A stretch of DNA of 64,000 bases from an uncultured Pseudomonadota bacterium (GTDB lineage Bacteria; Myxococcota_A; Polyangia; Fen-1088). Shown here one piece after another: positions 56,675 through 64,000 of the stretch. The translations under genes were made by a program, and so were the position numbers. The stretch spans positions 160,001 to 224,000 of the forward strand of contig CAWKBC010000014.1 of the NCBI GenBank assembly GCA_963847705.1. Direction: 5' to 3'. Position 1 is the stretch's first letter. Every line of letters starts with the position of its first letter. The notes below the pieces were generated by a model that searched no databases, was not told where the DNA came from, and saw only the letters and a list, made by a program, of their open reading frames with translations.

Positions 56675-58927
56675 TTGACAGACACTCAGTGTGTTCTCTC
56701 GACCGCGCCCGCAATGGCTTCCAGGAACTCGGAGCCCCCCTCGGCACCTGCTCAGAGCCCAAGTCGGGCTGCTAGACTGGTCGGCGTGCGCGAGCGCTGG
56801 TCTTCGATCGACCTCACGCTCGTCTTGGTGTTCGTCGCCCTGCCGCTGCGAGCCGCGGCCGCGGAGCAGCCGCAGCTCTCTCCCCGGATCGATCCGGCCA
56901 GCGTCGTCCTCTACCCCGACCAGGGACGGCTCGAGCTCACGGGTGACCATCTGCTGGGGTTGCGGCTGCGCTGGGAGGCCGCGCACGTCAACGGAGCGCC
57001 CGTCACCGGAGCGCCCGTCGGTGGCGGGCCGGTCAGCGGAGCGCCCGTCAGCGGAGCAGACGTCTGCCTCGAGCCGACGCCCGCCGGAAAGCACGAGCAC
57101 TGTGCCTTTTCGATCCCCCGCACCCTGCCGCCGGACGCGGAGTTTGCCTGGGCGCCGGTCCTGTCGTTCGGGGCTGTCGGCGCGGCGGCCGAACAGACAG
57201 CGGGCTTCGCGCCGCTGCGCCCCGCGCGGGTGGTGCTGGATCGAATCTTCCCCGCTTCCGCGACCGCCGTCGATCTGAGCGCCGACGTGGGACGGATCCC
57301 GCTGGCGCATCCGGAGGCGGTCGCGGCGATCGACTGCGGCCAGGCGCGTTGCGAGCTCGATGAGGGCGCGGTCCAGGTCCGCGCCATCTCCGCGGCGGTC
57401 ACGGCGTTGACGATGCACGTCCACCTCGCGCCCCACTACGTTCTTCTCCGCAACGACTCCGCCGACAACACGATCACGCAGACCATCGCGGTGCTCCACT
57501 GCCCCGCCGAGATCGTCTCGGGCGCGCCGCTCCGGAGAGCGGACGCCACCAACGTGCTGGTCCGGCTGGGGGGCCGTTGCGGCGGCGATCAGCGCGAGCT
57601 GCGGTGGAGCGCCAACGGCGAGCCTGCCACGGTGGTCCGGACGGCCAAGGAGGGCGAGTCGTTGTTGGTTCTCCTGGCGGTCGGTGATCTCGAAGATGCG
57701 ACGCTGACCCTGACGGCGACCCGGCCGGAGGCGGACGGATCCGTGGTGGCGGTCGCTCACGCCTCCACCCGCCCTGCCCCGCTCGCCCGCGCGACCCTCG
57801 AGCTGCCGGGGTACGGGCCGATCGACTTCATCCCCACCAACCGGGACGTGGAGGTCCACGTCGCGCCCGTGGGAAATCACGCCTACCTCGTTCCGTTGCC
57901 CGAGGAGGGCGCCTATCGTGTCACCGCGGACCCGAAGGGCCCGGGTGTTCGGGGCGAAGACAGCGTCGGCGGCTTCGTCGCGCTCCGTTTCGGTTACCGC
58001 GTGGAGGGACTTCCGCCGCCGTTCGCGGCGACCGACCTGGCCGTGCTGACCGAATCGCTCCAGCGCCCGATCCGCGAGGCCAGCATCCCGGCGCCGATCG
58101 GCCCCTCGGCGCTGGGGCCGAATCCCCTGGTGGATCTGCTCTGCACCGACGAGCACGGCAACCTGGAGCGGATCCCGCCGGGGAAGCGGACCTCGATCCC
58201 TTTCGCGCGCCGGGATGGCTGCCGGGTGGTCATTCATCGCGAACGCTTCAAGCCCGAGGACGGCACGCAGGATCTCAACGTCGAGATCGACGTGACGAAG
58301 GTGGACGACAGCCCGCGCGCGGACGCCCACGTCACCGAGCGCATGGTGCTTCGTCCCGGCCCGGAGAGCCGCATCTTCTGGATTCGAGGCGTCAAGGGGC
58401 AGTTCGATCGCGTCACGGTGCGGATCGCCCACGTGGCCGACGACGCCCGCTACGTCGGCGGGAGCGAAACGCGGACCTCCCTGCCCGCCGTGCAGTGGAC
58501 GCTGGTCGTGGGCGAAGGCCGGATTCGGTTCTACGCCACCGCCGCCATCCCCACCGGCCTCTTTCACATCACCGCGCCGAGCGGCGTGTTGAGCCTCAAC
58601 TTCGGCGTGGTGTCGCGCCTGACCTGGCTCGATCAGGAGGGCCACGAGGGGCTGCTCGGGCTGGAGCTGGGCGCGATGGGGGTGGGACTGGCGTCGACGC
58701 CGGCTTTTCCGACCACGCTGGCCGTGCTGGGAGGCGTGGGGGTGAGCATCCCCATCGGGAACCGCGGCGAGCCCACCCAGGCGGCGGTCAACCTGCACGC
58801 CTGGGTCGCCTACGAGCTCCGCGCCGACTACACGTATGTGTCAGGAACCTCGACGCTCACGGCCAGCCACTGGTCGCTCCTCTTTGGACCGAGCATCACA
58901 ATTGGCAACGTCGGAACGAACCTGTGA
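56675..58927 (+). CDS. Large secreted hypothetical protein with beta-barrel-like C-terminus; start uncertain
   Basis: 750-aa ORF with GC-rich codon usage; signal-like LVLVFVALPLRAAA; C-terminal LLFGPSITIGNVG. Confidence 0.7.
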   Translation: MTDTQCVLSTAPAMASRNSEPPSAPAQSPSRAARLVGVRERWSSIDLTLVLVFVALPLRAAAAEQPQLSPRIDPASVVLYPDQGRLELTGDHLLGLRLRWEAAHVNGAPVTGAPVGGGPVSGAPVSGADVCLEPTPAGKHEHCAFSIPRTLPPDAEFAWAPVLSFGAVGAAAEQTAGFAPLRPARVVLDRIFPASATAVDLSADVGRIPLAHPEAVAAIDCGQARCELDEGAVQVRAISAAVTALTMHVHLAPHYVLLRNDSADNTITQTIAVLHCPAEIVSGAPLRRADATNVLVRLGGRCGGDQRELRWSANGEPATVVRTAKEGESLLVLLAVGDLEDATLTLTATRPEADGSVVAVAHASTRPAPLARATLELPGYGPIDFIPTNRDVEVHVAPVGNHAYLVPLPEEGAYRVTADPKGPGVRGEDSVGGFVALRFGYRVEGLPPPFAATDLAVLTESLQRPIREASIPAPIGPSALGPNPLVDLLCTDEHGNLERIPPGKRTSIPFARRDGCRVVIHRERFKPEDGTQDLNVEIDVTKVDDSPRADAHVTERMVLRPGPESRIFWIRGVKGQFDRVTVRIAHVADDARYVGGSETRTSLPAVQWTLVVGEGRIRFYATAAIPTGLFHITAPSGVLSLNFGVVSRLTWLDQEGHEGLLGLELGAMGVGLASTPAFPTTLAVLGGVGVSIPIGNRGEPTQAAVNLHAWVAYELRADYTYVSGTSTLTASHWSLLFGPSITIGNVGTNL

Positions 58928-59974
58928 TCTCGGCGGCCGTGTCGGCGTCCAGGAGCTTCTCGTAATCGACAGATACTCGTCGGCCATGCGTTGCGCGGTG
59001 AACCGTTCTTCGAACGAGGCGCGGCAGAGCCGGCGCGGCAGGGCCAGCGCGCGCTGGACGGCGTCGACCGCTTCGTCGACGTTCTCGACGACGAAGCCTG
59101 AGACGCCGTCGACGATGACCTCCGGCACCGAGCCCCGCGCGAACGCGACCACCGGAGTTCCGCAGGCCATCGCCTCGATCATCACCAGACCGAAGGGCTC
59201 CGGCCATTCGACGGGAAAGAGGACCACCGCGGCCTCGCCCAGGAACCGGTCCTTCTCCGGCTCGTCGATCTCGCCCAGGAACTCGATCAGGGGATCATCG
59301 AGGAGCGGCTTGATCCTCGACGCGAAGTACTCCTCGTCGACCTTGTCGACCTTGGCCGCCATCTTGAGCAACATCCCGGTGCGTTTGGCAATTTCGATCG
59401 CGCGTTCGACCCCCTTCTCCGGCGACATGCGGCCCAAGAAGGCCAGGTACTGCCCTCGGTCGGCCCGAAACGAGAGCAGGTCCGGCGGCAGTCCGTTGTG
59501 GACGGTGCCTTGCCAGGCCGCGAACTCCACCGGAGTCCGCTGGGCGTCCGAGATCGACACCAGCGGTTCATCGGCAAACGTTCGGTAGAGCGGCAGCAGA
59601 TCGGGAATATCCAGCCGGCCGTGCATCGTGCTGACGTGCGGGGTTCCCAGGCGGCGCATGACCGGGAAATGCGGATGGCCGACGTGGAAGTGGATGACGT
59701 CGAACTCGGCCTCGCGGCGTGCGACCTCCTCGACCATGCGCATGTGATGCGCAAACGGATCGACGCAGCGGCTCTCGAATCTCAGGGCGCGCGGCACACA
59801 AGCCACGAGATTGGCCCTGGTCACGGAGTCGCCGCTGGCGAACAGGGTCACCTCGTGACCGTCGTTGACCAGCTCCTCGGTGAGAAACGAGACCACCCGT
59901 TCCGTTCCACCATAGAGCTTGGGCGGGACACTCTCGGTGAGTGGGGACACTTGAGCAACTCGTAGCGGACGCAT
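58896..59974 (-). CDS. Glycosyltransferase family 4 (probable 1-bp indel near the C-terminus)
   Basis: VPPKLYGGTERVV, FLGRMSPEKG, EPFGLVMIEAMACGTPV; expected MADEYLSIYEKLL restored by adding one T near 58965. Confidence 0.92.
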
Positions 59975-60142
59975 GCGTTATGGATGATAAGCACCTCGGG
60001 GCGATCCGCGACCGTCGACGAGCGATCGAACGCATCGGAGCCGGTCAAGCCTCGGCCAGCAGCAAACCGGCTGCCACCAGACTCGGGAGCGTTGCCAGCT
60101 TGCGGCCTCTCCAAGCGGGCCTTATCCGATAGGGCGTCGACA

Positions 60143-61426
60143 ATGGACGGAGCCGGAGGTCGTTTCAGATCGGGGGCCTCGCTCCGGCTCCTGGTGAGGC
60201 GCGACTTCGGGCTGCTGTGGGTGGGCGAGACGATCTCCCAGGTCGGCGACAGCCTCAACCGTGTCGCGCTGCTCTGGTTCGTCTATCAGATCAGCCGCTC
60301 GACGTTGCACACGTCACTGGTCGGCGTCGTCCAGACGCTGCCTCCGTTCTTGCTCGGGCCCTTGATCGGAGCCTATCTCGACAAGCTCCGAAAGCGGCCG
60401 GTGCTGATCGCGGTCAGCCTGGCCCGCGCCCTTCTGGTATCGATGATTCCCCTCCTGCACGCGGCGCACCTGCTCCGGTTCTGGCTGCTCTACCTGATCG
60501 TCCTCATCCTCTCGGTCGTCGGGACCGCCGCCGGCCCCGCTCTGCTGACCGCGGTGCCGCTTCTGGTCGCTCCGGCCGACCTCGCCGCGGCGAACGCGCT
60601 GATCCAGGGCACCGCCACGCTCGGCGTGCTGGTCGGCCCGGCGGTGGCCGGGCTGGGCATCTCCCTCTTCGGCATCTCGAAGGTGCTCTATCTCGACGCC
60701 GCGAGCTTCGTCGCCTTCACGGTGTGCGTCGGGCTGGCGCGCATCCCCGAAGGAGTCTCCGGCCACCGCCTGCCCTGGCGCCTCCGAGAGCTCGCCGATG
60801 ACCTGCGCGCCGGCGTCGTCTTCCTGCTTCGCGGACAGACGGGAATCCTCTCCCTCACGCTGGTCGCCGCGGTCCAGAACTTCGGCGCGAGCGCCTTCAT
60901 CGTTCTCTTGCCCGCCTTCGTCCACGAGGAGTTCCTGGCGGGCTCACTGTGGCTGGGGACGCTCTGGTCGGCGCTGGGCCTGGGCATGCTGCTGGCGACC
61001 CTGTCGATTGCGCTCCTGGGGGCGCATCGCATCTTGAGACTGCTGCGCCTCGCCCTCCTGGCGCTGGTCATCGGCGGCCTGTCGATCGCCGCGCTCCGTT
61101 TCGTCAAGGTGAAGCTGGCGGCCGCTTCCTTGATGGTCCTCATCGGCTGGAGCTCGGCGGCCTTCAACCCGGTGATCATTTCGATTGTTCAGCGCTCCAC
61201 GCCCGTCGAGCTGCGCGCCCGCATCTTGACCACCTTCAACAGCGCGAACATGGCGGCGGTCGCGGCCGGGATGTTGATCTTTGGATGGGCCGCCGAGCAT
61301 GTGAGCAGTGCTGTCACCATGTTCGGAATCGGCGCCGTCCTCCTGCTGAGCGCGGTCGCGCTCGGGACGCTGATGCGCGTCCAGGCCACGCGCCAGCTCG
61401 TCGAGAGACTGGCCGGGCTCCCCTGA
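60143..61426 (+). CDS. MFS transporter (DHA3/MefA-like)
   Basis: DFGLLWVGETISQVGD, GAYLDKLRKR, ~12 hydrophobic segments. Confidence 0.88.
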   Translation: MDGAGGRFRSGASLRLLVRRDFGLLWVGETISQVGDSLNRVALLWFVYQISRSTLHTSLVGVVQTLPPFLLGPLIGAYLDKLRKRPVLIAVSLARALLVSMIPLLHAAHLLRFWLLYLIVLILSVVGTAAGPALLTAVPLLVAPADLAAANALIQGTATLGVLVGPAVAGLGISLFGISKVLYLDAASFVAFTVCVGLARIPEGVSGHRLPWRLRELADDLRAGVVFLLRGQTGILSLTLVAAVQNFGASAFIVLLPAFVHEEFLAGSLWLGTLWSALGLGMLLATLSIALLGAHRILRLLRLALLALVIGGLSIAALRFVKVKLAAASLMVLIGWSSAAFNPVIISIVQRSTPVELRARILTTFNSANMAAVAAGMLIFGWAAEHVSSAVTMFGIGAVLLLSAVALGTLMRVQATRQLVERLAGLP

Positions 61427-61642
61427 CCGAGAGCCGCGCCTCAGGATCGCGCGGAATGTCTGGCCGGGATTTCGGGTTGTGGAGTGTGGATGGTGGGTGT
61501 GCCGCATGCGACGTCGCAGAGGATCGGAGAGCGTATTTTGGCGAGCGGCCGAGTGGTCGGCTGTGATGGTCGCGCTCGGTTGGTTGTTCGTCTGGACGTG
61601 GGCGGAGAACAGACGAAGCGGTCGGGCCTAGGGCCGAAGGTG

Positions 61643-63997
61643 TCAGGCAGCCCGTTCCGCGGTGATGTCATGATGCTCGGCCGCCGCCCGCCAGGCGGGC
61701 AGGAGATCTTTTATCAGCACTTCGTGCCAGGTCGGCGCATGCACCAGCGACCACGCGTGGGCGTCGCGGCCCATCGCCGCCGTCCGTTGGGGGTCGCGCA
61801 GCAACTCGGCCAGTGCCTCCGCCCACGCTCGTGGCGTCACCTCGCGCGCGACAAGCCCCGTCTTGCCCTCGACGACGAACCGCTCGCTCCCGCTGCCCGC
61901 CGTGACCACCAGAGGCAGGCCAGAGCTGGTCGCCTCGAGGACGGCGTTCGACAGCTCCTCGACGACCGCCGGTTGAGCGCAGACGTCTGCGGAGGCGTAG
62001 ACGCGCGCCAGCGTAGCGGGGGCGAGCACGCCCGGGCAGGTGACGCGATCGCCGAGCAGCGCCATCACCTCGTCGCGATCCGCGCCCTTGCCCGCGCAAA
62101 AGAGGTGCAGATCGGCCCCCTCATCGATGAGCTGGCGAACCGCGCGCGCCAGCACGAGCACGTTCTTGATGGCGTCCAGGCGGCCCACGGAGATCACCAC
62201 CCGTCGACCGGACGGGATCCCAAAGGTGGTCGACAGCCAGGCGCGGTCGCGCCGAGACGGGTTGAAGAGATCGCGCTCGATCCCTCGGCGGAGGAGGCCC
62301 ACCCGTTCGGGCCCGAGCAGGGCAGCGAGCCGCGCGCGGTCGTCGGCGCGCGACGCAAGGACGAAGGCGCAGCGGCGGTGGTGGTCGTCGAGCAGGCGTT
62401 GCATGTGCGCCTCGGCGGCCCGGGCGACGGCCCAGCGGTCGAGGAGCAGCCGCGACAGCCGACCCGGACCGGCGAGGTGCTTGACGGTGGCGGCGGTGAA
62501 CACCCGCGTGTAGTAGGGCGTCGAGGTGTGCACCGAGCTGGTGAGGGGAATGCCGTGCCAGCGTGACACCCGCGCGGCCGTGCGTGCCGCAGCGAACGTC
62601 CCGTCGGTGGTGTGGATGACGTCGTAGCCCCGCAGCCGCGACGTCAGCAACGGATTGTGGGGCGCCAGATCGGTGTGGTCAGGGATGTTGGACAGAAACG
62701 GGAGGTGGGCGCTGCTGAACAGCGGCGGATGAATCTGGTAGCGGACATGGGGACCGAGCGGGTGCGTCGCGTTCCGATCGCCCAAAAAATGAACCGTCAG
62801 ATCGATCCCCTCGCCGGCCTCGGCCGCCGCCGCCGCCAGCCGCTCCCAGGTTTTGACGTGACCTCCTGCCGTCGGGCTCCAGTAGAGGTCGACGAGCACG
62901 CCGACACGCAGGCGCGGCGCGCGGCGCATGACCGTCAGGGTCGGCGAGGTGACTGCGCGTTCCACCCGGCGTCTCTCCTTCCTGTAACGCCTCGACCAGA
63001 AGGTAGCGATGGAGTGCCGCTCCGCAATCATCCAGACGATGATGGCCGGGGCGCCGACCAGCAGCTCGCGCCCGCGCTTGACGACCCCCAGCGCCAACGC
63101 CGCCGAACCGGTGACGCCGAAGGCGGCGCCCACGGCCACCAGCGCCCCCTCCTGCACGCCGATGCCGCCTGGGACCACGAACGCCGCGCCCCGCGCCGAC
63201 GCGGCCAGGCTCTCGATGGCCAGCGCCGCCACCCAGCCGATCGGTCGCCCGAGCAAGCGAAGGACCATCCAGGTTTCGAAGATCTGGGCCAGCCAGGCCG
63301 CCAGGTGCCAGATGGCGCTGGTCAGCAGCGCGCGGGGCCGACGCCGGATCGAGCGCAACGACCGATCGATGGCGGCGCCGCCGATCCTCAGCCGGTCCGC
63401 GACGCGGCCGTGCAGGTGCAGGGGCAGCGCCGTGAGCAGCCGCCCCACGCCGACGCGGGCGACCACGATCAGCAGCGCGGCGAAGCCGGCTCCGATAGCG
63501 ATCACCAGCGCCAGCCACCCGAGGTGTCTGCGCGCCGACGCAGCAGACGCGGCGCCGAAGATCAGCGCGGCCGCGCCCAGGAAGGTGAACAGCACCTGGG
63601 TGAAGGCGCCGACGGCGACGTCAGCGACCATCGCCGCGGTCGCCTCGCTGGCCGGAACGCCGCCCGCGGTCAGCAGGCGGGCGCGCGCGAAGTCGCCGCC
63701 CACCTGGGCGGCCGGCAAGAGTGAGTTCACCGCCTCGCCAATCCAACGCAGCCGCAGCGTGGCCGCCCAACCCAGCCGCCGCTTCTCGAGCAACGCCCCC
63801 CAGGCGGCCGCGTTCAGCTCGACCGGAATGATCCGGTACAGCGAGGCAGCCAGCAGCGCCCATCCGCCTCCGGCGCTCAGGATCGTCAGCACGTCGGCCG
63901 TGCGCGACCGAACGGCTATGAAGATCAACAGCGCCAGCCCGAGCAGGCCGCCCAGAGCGACGATCCGGTACTTGCGGGATCTCAGATCCCCGTTCAT
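61643..63997 (-). CDS. HpnL/LPG-synthase-TM (flippase-like) domain fused to a GT4 glycosyltransferase
   Basis: N-terminal RWIGEAVNSLLPAAQVGGD and FVVPGGIGVQEG; C-terminal SVGRLDAIKN and EELSNAVLEATSSGLP; start at window edge. Confidence 0.82.
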   Translation of the reverse strand: MNGDLRSRKYRIVALGGLLGLALLIFIAVRSRTADVLTILSAGGGWALLAASLYRIIPVELNAAAWGALLEKRRLGWAATLRLRWIGEAVNSLLPAAQVGGDFARARLLTAGGVPASEATAAMVADVAVGAFTQVLFTFLGAAALIFGAASAASARRHLGWLALVIAIGAGFAALLIVVARVGVGRLLTALPLHLHGRVADRLRIGGAAIDRSLRSIRRRPRALLTSAIWHLAAWLAQIFETWMVLRLLGRPIGWVAALAIESLAASARGAAFVVPGGIGVQEGALVAVGAAFGVTGSAALALGVVKRGRELLVGAPAIIVWMIAERHSIATFWSRRYRKERRRVERAVTSPTLTVMRRAPRLRVGVLVDLYWSPTAGGHVKTWERLAAAAAEAGEGIDLTVHFLGDRNATHPLGPHVRYQIHPPLFSSAHLPFLSNIPDHTDLAPHNPLLTSRLRGYDVIHTTDGTFAAARTAARVSRWHGIPLTSSVHTSTPYYTRVFTAATVKHLAGPGRLSRLLLDRWAVARAAEAHMQRLLDDHHRRCAFVLASRADDRARLAALLGPERVGLLRRGIERDLFNPSRRDRAWLSTTFGIPSGRRVVISVGRLDAIKNVLVLARAVRQLIDEGADLHLFCAGKGADRDEVMALLGDRVTCPGVLAPATLARVYASADVCAQPAVVEELSNAVLEATSSGLPLVVTAGSGSERFVVEGKTGLVAREVTPRAWAEALAELLRDPQRTAAMGRDAHAWSLVHAPTWHEVLIKDLLPAWRAAAEHHDITAERAA

Positions 63998-64000
63998 CAG

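Noticed and set aside
56543-58798. 751-aa minus-strand ORF
   Set aside because: Antisense shadow of 56675-58927, with Arg/Gly-rich composition unlike a real protein.

Overview
GC-rich chromosomal window, probably from a myxobacterium (Myxococcota/Polyangia-like; inferred from the Gly/Cys-rich lipoproteins and ECF/FecR/caspase modules). After housekeeping genes (NAD-dependent epimerase, tlyA) a tRNA-Ala(CGC) at 2927-2999 is the integration site of a ~25.7 kb integrative-mobilizable element, bounded by a perfect 51-bp direct repeat (2956-3006 / 28608-28658). It encodes a tyrosine integrase, a MOBP/DUF3363-type relaxase, an RHH accessory protein and a candidate oriT, but no T4SS. Its cargo is a dense defence/conflict island: two-gene Lamassu (Cap4-like nuclease + SMC ATPase) behind a broken PIN toxin, an MNT-type TA pair, a complete His-Xaa-Ser radical-SAM cluster with two HxsD-like genes, a HEPN/Abi-like pair, an unusual Zn-finger + PRTase-GNAT fusion behind a 28-bp perfect palindrome, a GhoS-like + FRG pair and a STAND/NB-ARC-TPR protein. 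A tRNA-Asp 3' half is nested near the right end. Further copies of the tRNA-Ala att core (30783, 34572, a partial one at 30284) tightly bracket integrase-free cassettes of lipoprotein and ECF-sigma genes, resembling an integron-like cassette array at the tRNA. The right half holds more ECF/anti-sigma modules, a GFFGGGGAN-repeat lipoprotein next to an HTTM protein, a metallophosphoesterase, MFS transporters, GH13, patatin and GT4 genes. Several apparent single-base indels in homopolymers suggest sequencing errors. All family calls come from motif recognition by eye, not database searches.
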